From: Sphyrna mokarran
Taxonomy: Eukaryota
Reading direction: 5' to 3'
DNA: 64,000 nucleotides
Assembly: GCA_024679065.1 (NCBI GenBank)
Contig: JAGIQG010000029.1
Coordinates: 22,506,001-22,570,000, forward strand
A model generated the notes under the pieces. It saw nothing but the letters and a program-made list of their open reading frames with translations. It ran no database searches and was not told the DNA's origin. Shown piece by piece: positions 37,849 to 51,079 of this stretch (its first letter is position 1; each line of letters opens with the position of its first letter). Position numbers and translations under genes: made by a program.

Positions 37849-39599
37849 ATATGTATTTGGGAATGAATAGCAATATGTTGTTCTGCCAGTTTAAGGATAA
37901 TGCTGCTGGCTTTATTTAGGTTAACTCTCCCTTTTTAAGCCTTGACAGTATGGGGTAAATTTTCTGACTTCACCCATCATAGGAATCATCATGGGTGGGA
38001 TGGACAATTTAGCAGACCATTAAATGGTCCATTGACTTCAGGTAGGAGTTTCCTGTTCCTGGGACAGGGGGACTCCCCAATGTCATAGTGCCAGTTTTGA
38101 GGGGTGTCCCGACTGTACCTGCATGAAATTCCTGATTTCCACAGCGACCATATAATGGTCCCCCCAACTCTGACTGAAGACCTATGTATCAAACATTTCC
38201 CCATTAGAAGTTCTGTGAGCTCAGATCACGAAGAACTAAAATTAAATTGTCAACCTCATTTGAGGATCCGTTCCTACCGGCTTTCATTATTAGAGTTTAG
38301 ATTTTAAATGAGGTCCAAGGCATGCAACGGCAGTGTGCTGAACCCACTATGCCATCAAATCCCTTAACAATGTTGCCTTAAAGGATTTGATCATTTTCCC
38401 ATACAAAAGCAATTGCTTCAGTATAAACTTGGCACGCCAAAGCCTCAGTCAATTATATCCACCCCATTTATTGCAGTAATCACTGACTTCCACTTTCTGT
38501 TAATGTTGTTTTGTTAGTGACTAAACCTAATAAAACATGCTCAGATAAGAATGGTGATGTAAAAAGTATTTTCATGGACTAATGGACAAAGTGTTGACAA
38601 CATCTTCCATAATACATTAGCTGGGGCTTTTCATGTAATCCATCAGGTGAAGACAGCCTGCTATTGGCCAGCGAAAAATCCTCTGGTCACATCATTTGCC
38701 AATGGGGTTCCCCATTGGATGCATCCCTCGTCGCCATGCAACTTGCAGTGGGAGTGCACTGTCAGCAGGAACAGTAGATCCCACTAGTGTGAACAGGCAG
38801 AAATTTCTGGCCATTGTGTTTGTAGATTTAAATTTGAAATGAGAATACAAATGTTTCACAAAGCAAAATTCCAACATCTATAATGTATGGATGAATCCTT
38901 TAACACTTGATGGTACAGTCAATCACAGGTGCATTTTTTTTTGAATATCAATTTGCCGAAACTTTCTACTCAACAATAGTATGAGGAACATATAGTTGTG
39001 ATTTTATAAATGTTACATCTTTCTTTTAGATGGACACAAGAACCTTAAAGATGACTGTCAAGAGTCACTTGACTGCTTACAACTGCAATGTGGTCAAGCT
39101 TCCAGAAGGCTTCAAGTGAATTGTAAATAGACAGGTGAAGACATTTGAAATTCAATGTAGATTTCTACAAGGAGAAACAGAAATTATATCATGACAAAGT
39201 CAAAGCTGCATTATACATCAGCATGAACATTTCAATGATCATTCCCTCTCCCGACATCCACTGCCCTCCCTGCCACTCCCCCACCAACAGTGATGGGCCA
39301 TGTTTCATATGTTTCATGCCAATCAACTCTAGAACCTCATTGAAACACACTGGCATCTCATTATCAGAGCCCTACAGTAGAATCATAACCCCCATCAAAA
39401 AATCCATCCACACTGGTGTGATATCAGAAAGATCTGAATTATGACTGGCTTCAAAAGGCAAGCATCCAGTGAGCACCCCTCTGAGGGAGCTTGGTCAAAG
39501 GCTTTGCATATTGAGGGGACTGACTCATGATGAACAGCTTTTGACTTGGGGAAGATTAGGCTCTGACTGGGGATGAACAGGTGAACAGCCTATAATTTG

Positions 39600-40218
39600 A
39601 GCGAGACTGAGGTAACACTGGAATGAAGCTGGGGTAACACTAGAATGAGACAGGAATAAGACTGCAGTGGGACTAGAGTAACACAGGAGTGAGACCAAGA
39701 TAACCCTGGAATGAGACCAAGATAATGCTGGAGTGAGGCTGGATTAATACTGGAATGAAATTGGGATAACACTAGAGTGAGACTGGAGTAACACTGGAGT
39801 GAGACCACGATAACACTGGAGTGAGATCAGAGTAAGACTGGAGTAAGATTCTGGTAACACTGGAGCAAGATCAGAGTAATACTGGAGTGACACCATTGGA
39901 GTGAGACCGGGATAACACTGGAATGAAATTCCGGTAACACTGGAGAGAGACTGGGGTAAAACTGGAATGAAACTGGGATAACACTGGAGTGAAACTGGGG
40001 TAACACTGGAATAAGACTGGGGAAACACTAGAGTGAGAATAAAATAACACTAGATTGAGACCAGAGTAACACTAGAGTGAGATTCTAATAATAATGGAGT
40101 GAGATCAGGTGAGGCTGAGGTAACACCAGAGTGAGACCGGAGTAAAACTGGAGTAAGACTGGGGTAACAATGGAATGAGACAGGGCAGCACTGGAGTGAG
40201 ACTGGACTAACACTGGAA
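39600..40218. repeat. 22-bp minisatellite (GAGTGAGACTG-GGGTAACACTG)n, roughly 28 units
   Basis: Direct reading of the degenerate tandem array. Each unit is a dimer of related 11-mers. Confidence 0.9.
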
Positions 40219-43200
40219 GAGTACTTGGGACCTATTTGGAGGGTACCAATGGAGATTACAGTAGTACTGGACCGAAACTGGGTATCATTGGAAAGATATC
40301 AGTGCCTAGTCAGTGGGTAGTGAGGGAAGACTCCAGAATACTGGGATACTGCTCAGAGGAAACGATGGGGGGAAGTTCAGTTGACTTTAGAGAGATTTGG
40401 TGCTTGACTCAGGGGAGAACGATATGTTAACACAAGGGAGATTGGGGCAGAGAGGAGTCTGTCAAGTGTGAAAGTTTTGTTGAAAATAAGGATGAATTCT
40501 GCTATGGGCCAAGGGTTTTGTGGAAGGAAACTTCACAGATGGAAGGGAAATCTGGGGCAGTGCAGATGGTGAGTGGACAGTCGCATACTGATAGTACTGC
40601 TCAAATATGGGGTGGGAGAGAGGGATTCCATGTGGAATGTTGAAAAAGGCAAGGCTGATGGAAAGGGAAGTCAGTATTGCAACTGAGACAGTTCAGCTGT
40701 AATTCATGGCCTGAGGTCTAAACATTCACACCATTATCTCAACTCAAACATCATTTATGCATGTGAGGGTCACGGATCGCTGCTTAGCATTTAAACCTTG
40801 ATGCACTGACTTTCAAGTTGGATGACCACCAAGGCATGCCTTTCCTCAAGACGGATTAAGCAAGTAAATAATTCCCTTAGAGAATTGATAAGGCACATTT
40901 CCAAAGGAGAGCACTCCTAACATTTGGCTGTGCACTGAGGTATGTATTAACAAGTATTCCCCGTAGACCAGGTTGAGTGCGAGGACCAAGAGCGAAGCTT
41001 GGGACGATGCCTGCACCTCAGATGAGAGCTCAAGATGCAATAAAGTGGCCAAAGCCATGCTCACTTGGTCAATGAGTTCCCTTGGGTTGCGAACACCTCT
41101 TTCCCATCTCCCAAAACCTGGGAAGCCTTCAAGTTAATGCCTAAGGCATTTAAAAGATGAATTACTCTGGTTGCAAGCACAATCCATGAGGCAATGTCTC
41201 CCAGACTGAGACTGAAGTGTTAGGTGTTCATGAGGAAATTAATGAAGAGGAGAGATTTCAGAGAGAACTCCAGAACTTGGTGCTATAAGTTGTTGCCACA
41301 AAGAGCAGAGATATCTTGGGGGTAGGTGGGACTATTGTCAGTGCAGTTTCGATGGGCTGAATGGCCTCCATCTGCCCTGTAGGGATTTGATGATTCTAAC
41401 AATTATACCTTTGTTCATTATTTGCAGTGGATTTACTGTATTCTTCCTCCAAATAAAAATGTTTCATTTTATTTTTTGGGCAGCAGTAATCCAGTAGTGT
41501 CTTTAAATATTCTTGTATGGCATATTGAACTTGTAAAACCTGAAGTGAATTTGTCAACCATTATCCTTGTTGCCTTTCAATTGCTATGTTGACAGCAGCA
41601 GCCAATACTCGCTTGAACAAGGCAAAGCAGCACATTGTCAGAAATATTCCCATGAATTTTAAAACTTAATTCTCAGGTTGTGAGCTCCACAGGCTAGGGC
41701 CTAATTTATTGTCTATCGCTAGTAGGTTTTTCCCTTGAACTTATTGCAATCCAAGTGGTGAAGGTACTCCCACAAGAACGAATGTTTTGTGGCAATCATT
41801 TTGTAAGGATCAAAAAGTTATCAAAACACTCTCAGTCACCTTACGTTTGCAAGTTCAGAACAGGCAAAGATCAAATCTCAAGTTTCTTAATGCTAAAACA
41901 TGGTTCTAAATATCTGTTATAATTTTTTCTCTTGCCTTGCTTCATTACTTAAATTGAATTTAAATAGCTCAAACATTATGACAAGTCTGGCTATGTCTGG
42001 GATACTTAATCTTCACCACAATAAAGTTTACCGTATCATAAACTAACATGAAAAGAAATGTCAGAGAAATCGTTTTTTATGTTTTATGAATTTTAATGCA
42101 TTTCCAAAGTGAGTGCTTTTTACGATGATGCGGTATAGTGGCTCTTCTTCTTTTATATATCTATTTTTGGATTTCAGCAGAGTACCCCCCCAGGCTTGTA
42201 TTAAGTTGTTGCACAATGGTGTCTTTTAAATCTTGTTTGTTTGTGACACAATTTTACTTTTGTAAGCGGCTGGCTGGCAGAGTTCCACATGGCGTCTCAC
42301 CCATGCATTTATTTGCAGGGAGGCACAAGATATAGAGACCAGTCAAGAGTCCAAAGACAACCTGTTAACTGAGGCCACTGAATCGAGAATAACCACACAT
42401 TTTGCTAATTTACTCTGAAGCGCTTCAGAAATCATCTAACGGTGACTCATCAGTGATAGTGGAATGTTAACTGAATTGCTTCCCATGACACCACATAGAA
42501 AACTGACTTTTCTCATGTTATGGTCCTCATGAAAATCTAAAGGCATTGAAATTCAATTGTGCATTGTTAATATACAGCACCTATTCAGGTTCACTGTGGG
42601 ATTGTTGTTAGTGTAGCCTTGATGGACCAAATCGTCACCTTCTGTACTGTTGGATTCTATGTTTCTATAAACCCCCACACAGACACGGGGAACACCTTCC
42701 ACCCCATGGATAAAGGGAACCCTCCCCCAGACGAAACTTTAGAGGGCATCACCCCCTCCCTCCTCCCATGGCATTACCTTTGGCAATGTTGTTCTCAAAT
42801 CACAAACTCCACTGAGATCGACTTACCAGGAAAGTGAAATCAAACATGGACCTTAACAGAAGTAATAACTGGCTTATTTATTTAAAGTGTTTTTTTTTCA
42901 TTAACTTTATGTGGTGGGGAGGGTGAAGGAGAAACAATTTTTAAAGGCTTTTAGCACCGCACTTTAATATCACAGGATGTGACGCATGTGCTGATGATGT
43001 AACGATACAATTGACTCCTGGTGACTTCCCAACTCGCCCAAGTTTCCAGCTGCAACCACTCGTATACAGAGAACTCCAGACAACAGGGGAAATGGAAAGG
43101 AAATAGAGAGTGATCACCAGATCAGTACGGGGAATATCCTGGAAGCAACCCCACCTTCAACTAGGAAAGTGAACAAGAATCAGAAGAGAATAGAAGTGGA

Positions 43201-44298
43201 GTCATCATAGGAAGCTGTCCATCTTCCTAAAATGGCCCACTTACTGCAAACACTCTGTCCATACTCTTCCGTAAGATGTAGATATATTCATGGTTTTATT
43301 CATTTTCTGACTTGTCTCTGTGCCTATGACATCCTGTGTATGTATTTAATTTTCTGTCTGCAATTGAAGCCCTGCATGCTTATTTCCCACTCCTGCCAAA
43401 ATATGGGAAGGGAGGCAACTGCAATTCATGGAAATGGAATGGGATGAAAAGGTCGTTTAGTATTAGCTTTTAAGAAAAGATGGATGAAACTATTGCCAAG
43501 CAGACTGTTAAACTGCTATGATATCTTATCTGCATTGACTAAATGTAGTGAAGTGTTGGATCTTGAACATGAGATAAATCTGACTCCAGGAGCAGTCAAA
43601 ACATTAACAATTTTTTATCAAAAGCTCACTATTATGACATCATGGTTATAACTCCCAGATAAAATGCAGAGTGGGAGCCTCTTTAAAATCGCAGCCTCAG
43701 CAAAGGGCAAGGTTTGTCATGATACTATCAGTTTATTATTCTCACTCTACCAGTCTGGCATGAAGGCCAAACTAGCTGGGCTACAAGACATGGCTTCTGA
43801 AAATTTTAAACTGGTTAAAGTCAGACTCCACAATATTGAAATCTGTGTTTTGAAAGGTCAAAATTTTCCATGTTGACCTCTGGTTTTTGAAAACTAAAGA
43901 TAGGTAATTGATTAGCTATGAGTTCAGCTTCAGTTCACAGTGCATTCTCCCTAAAACTCTCAAGGGACTTGGTTAGGATAAATTAATCAATCTTACAGTG
44001 TGAGTGTGGGGCTTCATTTGCAGAGAATGCATTTCATATAATCAACACCATCAACATGATGGTAAGTTTATTTTCTGGACACCAATTATTCGAGAAACAG
44101 ATCGATTTCAATCATTAGCTCACATTGTCTTCCTCGCATTGTGTCACAGCTTTACCACGTTCACACAGATTTGCAGAGCTGCACTCAACAGGATTGGCCA
44201 GGATTTCACCAACTGCCTGAAATGTCCACAATACAAAAGAGAAAATAGTCATTATTGTGGGCTTTTTGGGATGTGAAACAGTGAAATGAAAAGAAACT

Positions 44299-44608
44299 GG
44301 GATGGCACGGTGGCACGATGGTTAGTACTGCTGCCTCACAGCATCAGGGATCCAGGTTCGATTCCTGTGCTTGGGTCATTGTCTGTACAGAGTCTACACA
44401 TTCTCCCCTTGTCTGTGTGAGTTTCTTCCCACAGTCTGAAAGACACACTGGTTCGGTACATTGGCCTCGCTAAATTCTTCCGCAGCGTACCCAAACAAGT
44501 GCGGAGTATGGTGACGAGGGCTCTTGCACAATAACGTAACTGTAGTGTTAATGTATCTTTACTTGTGATACTAATATTTAAATTTTGAACTTTAAAACTT
44601 TAAACTTT
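44299..44608 (+). mobile_element. HE1-like V-SINE, tail class B
   Basis: Full copy ending in (AAACTTT)n. Confidence 0.9.
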
Positions 44609-45623
44609 GTGGCACTTTGCATTGTATGCTAAGGAGCCCTGCTGAAATTTAAACCATCTAAGTCTTGAATAATTCTTATACAGGAAAAGCCACTTAAGAC
44701 TGATGTTGGGTCTTATTATGTTGGTGAGGAGCCTAATGCCTATATTAAGCCTTCCTTAAGAGCAGTTGAGCAGGCCAGGTCCACTCAGCCTAGGGATTTG
44801 TCACCATCACAAAGGTAAAGATTAAAATTAAAGAGAAATAATTCATGAGGATGCAAAAGAACTGCTTCTTGACATGTTTAAAATAAACTAGGTTTGATCT
44901 ATATTTTAATAATAGGAGGAGAAAGCTGAAATGATGGAAAATATAATGGTGAAGGTTCTTCTGAATGCTAGTGATCAAAAAGCCATTAAACATAGGTGCA
45001 GGCACGGTTTAAGAGGGACAGGCTACTTTTAAGAGGAGAGGGTTTTCTGCATCCCAGTTTGTCAGCCCACGCTATTTGTCCAAGTGCTCAGGCGCCTGGT
45101 AACACAGACATGGCTCAGACCAAGGCTATAATCAAGTAGATGATAAGGCAGCATCGAGTTTGTACGCTGCCTGCCTCAATGGCTCTGGGGAGTCATGAAA
45201 ACTAGCCTGAACCAATTGTTTGGCCCCTAAAGAAAGCACCCAATGAAACCCGACATACAGTTGAATTAAAGCTGCATTGAAAGCTCCAGAGAGAAAGGAA
45301 GAAATCATAAATTGAATTGTAAATTTGTTATGCAATGCAAAACCAAGGTAGTAGTGATCAATGATGGCATTTCTGGCTAGAAAGCTGTGACCAGCAAGAT
45401 AACCTCTTAAGTGAAACTACTAAAAGGATGTCTAAGATTGTAGACTGTATCAAGTTGTGGGAGAGCGCATGGAGTGCAATAAAATGAATCAAAGTCTGCA
45501 GGATGTAACAAGTAAAAGGCTAAATCACAAATGTTTATTAAATCCTAATATACATCTTAGATGTAAAATAAATCTATGATTCCATTATCTAAGACTAGCC
45601 AGGGAATCTCTCTGTAATAAAAA

Positions 45624-45927
45624 AAAGTTTATTTACTAGTCACAAGTTGTCTTACGATAACACTGCAATGAATTTACTGTGAAAATTGCCTAGTTGCCAC
45701 ACTCCGGTGCCTGTTCTGGTACACTGAGGGAGAATTTAGCATGGCCAATGCACCTAGTCATCACATCTTTCAGACTGGGAGAGGAAACTGGAGCGTGTGA
45801 ACGAAACCCACACAGAGATAGGGAGAAGGTGCAGACTCCACATAGAAAATGACCCAAGCCGAAAATTGAACCCCGGTGCCTGGCGCTGTAAGGCAGCAAT
45901 ACTAACCATTGTGTCACCGTGCTACCC
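45624..45927 (-). mobile_element. HE1-like V-SINE, tail class B
   Basis: Full copy. Confidence 0.9.
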
Positions 45928-46889
45928 TGATCTTGAAGTAACATTTATATCTTGAAATTTGTTTGCAATATTAATTTTCAAAATGTAATCCATTGTTTCA
46001 TTGAAAATGCCAACATTGTTTTTTAAATGGATTAATATCTGCGTTCTTACAGTGGACAGAGCTATCTTCCTATGCTAATATCTCAATCAGTAACTTGAAG
46101 GCTGAAAAATGGCATCACAATGGAGGACAATGGTTGTAAATAAAATTTTAAACTCTATCTAAATGGAATACGTTCAATCAAGTGACATCAATTATTTTAT
46201 CAAGGGACACATCGAAAGAGTTCCTTGTCAGTTATGGTTGCAGTTGATGTACAATAATCCAGTAATAGTGAAAATGATTTAAGATGGCACTGAATTTGAC
46301 AGCTATGCATCCCATCTCTGTCTGGTGGGTTTGAGGCAAAGCCACTCAGAAAGACCATAAGACCATACATATAGAGCAAAAATAGGCTATTCTGCCCATC
46401 CAGTTTACTCCGCCATTCAATCATGAGAGATAAATTTCTCAACCCCATTCTCCTGCCTTTCCCCAAAACCTTTGATTCTCTTATCAATCATGAATCTATC
46501 TATGGTAAATACTCCATAAGCACATGTGGTTTTAGTTTAGGCAGACATCATGGTTGGTGCAGGCTTGGAAGGCCGAACGATCTGTTCCTGTGCTGTACTT
46601 TTCTTTTGTTCTTTGTCCCCCCTAAATGTCATTAGAGGAACAGATGGTTTTTCCAATAATCAACAATGGTTTCATGGTTGAAAATCTTCAATTTTTTATT
46701 AAATTTAAATTCCACTATCTGCCGTGGTAGGATTCGAACCCAGATCCTCAGAACATTAGTTGAGATTTTGTATTAATAGTCATCAGCTCCCTACATGCTA
46801 AACTAACTTTACAAATAAGTATCTGCCTTTGATTTTTCAAATAATGCAATACCTAATGCAAAGAAGGACAGATCAATTATTCACATAAC

Positions 46890-47110
46890 ACCTTACACAA
46901 CTTTTATAGATCCCATAATGTTTTACGACCAATATAATATGTTTGACATGTATTGTAATGTCAGAAATATGGCAGCCAACTAGTGCCCACCACTGTCCCA
47001 TAACCAGCAATAAAATAATGATCAAACCATTTTATTTCAGTAAATTTGGCTGAGTGATAAATATCTTTCTCAAAATAGTGCATTGGGACTTTTCAACACT
47101 TCATCCAAAA
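46890..47110 (-). mobile_element. Old Deu-domain SINE remnant
   Basis: TTGTAATGTCAGAAATATGGCAGCCAA..CCCATAACCAGCAAT..TTGGCTGAGTGATAAATAT. Related remnants at 27400 and 32840. Confidence 0.5.
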
Positions 47111-47323
47111 GCATTTATGTGAACATTAAAGTAATTCCTGATTCAATAATAAGAGATTATTGGAAAGTCAGAGGTGTTTCAATAGAAGGTGTTTCAATAC
47201 ATTTGATGGATTTGTATAGGGAAGAAAATGAGATGACCAGATTGGTTTCCAAAATGACACTGAGATGATGGGAGTGAGGTAAATACATTGATTTGGCTTT
47301 TCTTCATTGCTATGATTTTTAAA

Positions 47324-47611
47324 AATGTTATTTATTAGTGTCACAAGTAGGCTTACATTAAAACTGCAATGAAGTTACTGTAAAAATCCCCCCCACCACC
47401 ACACTCCGGCACATGTTAGGATACACTGAGGAAGAATTTAGCATGGCCAATATACCTAACCAGCATTTCTTTCAGACTGTGGGAGGAAACCAAAGGACAA
47501 CACAGACATGGGGAGAATGTTCCCCATTCTTTCCATGTACCCCAAGTCGGGAATCGAACCCGGGTGCCTGGCACTGCAGGACAGCAGTACTAATTACTAA
47601 GCCACATTGCT
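47324..47611 (-). mobile_element. HE1-like V-SINE, tail class B
   Basis: Near full copy. Confidence 0.88.
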
Positions 47612-47626
47612 TTTCCTTTTATTTGC

Positions 47627-47965
47627 GAATCATAGATTCCCTACTGTGCAAAGGAGTCCTCAATCAGCCCATCAGTCTTGCATTGATTCTCTGATGGAGT
47701 ATCTTACCCAGGCCCTCTTCTCTGTCCTATTCCTGTAACCTCACACATTTACCATGGCTAAGTCATCTAACCTTGTGATGCTAAGGAGCAATTTAGCATA
47801 GTCAGTCCACCTGAACTGTACATTTTTGGAGAAAACCGGAGCATGTGGAGGAAACACACGCAGACATGGGGATAAATTCCGTACAGTGACCCGAGGCTGG
47901 AATTGAATCTGGGTTCCTGGCACTGTGAGAAAGCAGTGTTCACCACTGTGCCTCCATGCCACCCT
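47627..47965 (-). mobile_element. HE1-like V-SINE, tail class A
   Basis: Full copy. Confidence 0.88.
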
Positions 47966-48874
47966 GAACCAGTCTATCACAAATATTGAGTAAGGATCAA
48001 TTCCCTTATGAAATACCCTGGGCCAGAAATAGCACTAGTAATGTGAGCTGTTCAGACATTGCATATAACCTCTGACTTTCCATTTAATCAGGACACTCCT
48101 TACCAAGAATATCCAAATCAGGAGTTGGCCATTGAGGTTTGAGAAATAGCTAAAGGTGGATGAGGTATGTATTCTGCCTCACAATCAGGAAACATTAATT
48201 TTGCAGGCAATTCATCAAATTAACCTAAAGCGACCCAATGCTTTTAGTTTTCTGGAAATTTAACTTCAGTTTCAGTGGCTGTTTCTACTGGCCCTGACTT
48301 TCAATTGAATACTGGTAGCAAGGAAATGAGAAGGGAAAGGAACAAAACAAGATCAGTTACATCAGCACAATGTAAGTAAATCCAATAGCTACAGTTTCTC
48401 AGTCTCTGTTCGAAACAATGTCATTGCAATGTGGAGATAGATTAATCATGTAATACTTCAAAGCTGTCAATGAGCTTCTCTAAATCCTTCCTGCACCAAG
48501 TATTGTTTCCAAGTATGTCTTTTGCAAACATTTGGAGAGGCGATGACCTAGTGGTATTATCATTAGATTATTAATCTAGAAACTCAGTGAATGTTCTAGG
48601 CACCTGGTTTCGAATCCTGCCATGTCACAGTGGAATTTCAATTCAGTAAAAAAAAATCTGGAATTAAGAATCTGCTGATGACTATGTAACTACTCTCCAT
48701 TGTCGGAAAAATCCATCTGGTTCACTAATGTCCTTTAGGGAAGGAAATCTGCCCCCTTTACCTGGTCTGGCCTACATGTGATTCCAGAAACACATCAATT
48801 GGTTGATTCTCAACTACCCTCTGAAATGGCCCAGCAATCCATTCAGTTTCAAGGGAAACTTGGGATTGGCAATA

Positions 48875-49183
48875 GGCATAGTGAGTAGCACTGCTGTCTG
48901 ACAGTAACAGAAACTGGGTTCAATTCCTGACTTGGGTCACTGTCTGTGTGGAGTCTGCACATTCTCCCTGTGTCTGCATGGGTTTCCTTCGGGTGCTCTG
49001 GTTTTCTCCCACACTCTGAAAGACATGCTGGTTAAGTGGATTGGCTATGATAAGTTCTCTCTCAGTGTATCTAGACAGACACCAGAATGTGGCAATTAGG
49101 AGATTTTCATAGTAACTTCATTGCAGTGTTAAGCAAGCCCACTTGTGACAATAATAAATAAACTTCAAAAAAAAAGCTTTAAA
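48875..49183 (+). mobile_element. HE1-like V-SINE, tail class B
   Basis: Flanked by CAATA at 48870-48874 and 49184-49188. Confidence 0.9.
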
Positions 49184-49225
49184 CAATAAATACTGGCCCA
49201 GCCAGTGATTTCCGTACACCATGAG

Positions 49226-49518
49226 GTTGAGTTTATTTATTAGTAGGTTTACAGCAACACTGCAAAGAAGTTACTATGAAAGTCCTCTAGATGCCACACT
49301 CCAGTGGCTATTCAGGTACACTGAGGGAGAATTTAGAGGGCAATGCATCTAACCAGCACAACTTTCAGACTGTGGGAGAAAACTGAGCACCCAGAGGATA
49401 CCTACCAAACACAGGGAGAATGTGCAGGCTCCGCACAGAAAGTGACCAAGCCAGGAATCAACCCAGGTTGCCGGCTCTGTGAGGCAGCAGTTCTGATCAC
49501 TGTGCCACAGTGCTGCCC
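49226..49518 (-). mobile_element. HE1-like V-SINE, tail class B
   Basis: Full copy. Confidence 0.9.
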
Positions 49519-50314
49519 ACAAGGAATGAATCAATAAAAAAAGAATTATTTATGAACAAGAGTAAAATGACATTGGTTTCCTGATCAGTCTTGATAATGG
49601 CGAGAGTATTGTTTTAGACCCAAAAAATTATCAATGTGTTAACTGTTTATCAATCCACTAAGCATTCGCAGTATTTGGTTCTTGTGCTCGGGTTAGTTCT
49701 ACACTAACAGTTACACTAACAGTTTGGTACGGTGACGGATACAAATTTTATACTGTTAAATACTATTCTTTTTAACTTCTGTGTATCTGAGGGGGCTGAA
49801 GCCATGGATGGTTTTACAAGGCTACTGATGAGAAAGATTATTCAGTTTTTCAGTTAAACCGAAATCTTACAGCTTTCAAAGAAAAGCGGTTTACAAATCT
49901 CATAACTAATACTAAATGCTTTCCACCTGTGAAAGTCTTTCACTGGAGAGAATTCACTGGGTCAGTGTTCAAACCCAGAACTAGAAGGTTCAGTTGTGGG
50001 GTCAATCTCATAAAGCTGTTTTACATTTACTGTTCTTCAGAATCATGCTTTCTTCCTCTCTCTAACTGCCATTTCCTGTGAAATGTTGTGTGGTTTAAAT
50101 TACTGCCATCCTTTAGAAAAAACTCGCTATGGTCCTCAAGGGACAGTAAAATCTTTACTGTCTGATTCTTACTAATGTTTCCTTCTTCACCAGGAACATA
50201 AGCAGTACTTTTCTTGAGGGGCTGCATTGTATTGATTTGATTGCCATGGTGACTTGGACCAAACTATTCTCAATCTAGAGTGTTACTGGATTTCTAACAC
50301 ATGACTATGAATGT

Positions 50315-50725
50315 GACTATAGTGGTACAGTGGTTAACACTGATGCCTCACAGCACCAGAGATCCGGGTTCAATTCTGACCTCGGGTAACTGTGTGAAGT
50401 TTGTGTGTTCTTCCCGTGTCTATGTGGGTTTCCTCCGGGTGCTCTGACTTCCTCCAAAAACATGTGGATTAGGTTGATTGGCTATGCTAAATTGACCCTT
50501 AGAGTGGGATTTTGCGGTCACAATTACCATAAGACTGGAAAATCCCGCCCAAGGATGGCTGACTTTCACATGGTCTGTGTCCCGCCTACTACAATTCCCA
50601 TATCATACAAGAAGGGAAAATTGTGCCCTTAGAGTCAGGGGGATTAGCAAGGTAAATAGGGCCTGGGTGGAATTGTTGTTGCTGCAGGCTTCTTGGCCTC
50701 TTTCTGCAATGTAGGGATTCTATGA
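50315..50725 (+). mobile_element. HE1-like V-SINE class A with a MITE (50502-50628) inserted at TTA
   Basis: CCC-TTA|GAGTGGGATTTT..GAAAATTGTGCCC|TTA-GAGTCAGGGGG: 3-bp TTA duplication. Confidence 0.85.
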
Positions 50726-51079
50726 TAAGATTATGACCCTAATCCTACTCTGTTCTCTGATCTACTATGCAGCCTATCCTCTTCCACTTTGCATAACTGT
50801 GAACCATAAATCTCTACTGATCATATCCTAATTCATACCAAACAACAACTAGCACTCACATAGTGCCTTGACATAATAAAACATTCTAAAACTCATCACA
50901 AGAATTCTATCAAGCTAAATTTAACACCAAACCATTTAAGGAGACATTAGACCAGATAGCCACTGGTCAAAGAGAGAGACTCGAAGAAGCGAAAGGGGAA
51001 TAGAGAAATAAAGAGATATAAAGATACAGGAACATCATAATTTAGGACTTCGACAGTGGAAGGTATGGCTGAATCATGG

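Larger units (their letters stand above)
48534..49545 (+). mobile_element. tRNA-derived SINE (family C) carrying two nested class-B V-SINEs
   Basis: Head GGCGATGACCTAGTGGTATTATC..GGTTTCGAATCC and body CCATCTGGTTCACTAATGTCCTTTAGGGAAGGAAATCTGCC. Its tail is split at 48875-49183 and 49226-49518. Confidence 0.85.

Noticed and set aside
39590-40220. CRISPR array or repeat-protein ORFs
   Set aside because: Contiguous degenerate tandem units without unique spacers, in a eukaryotic context. The ORFs are by-products.
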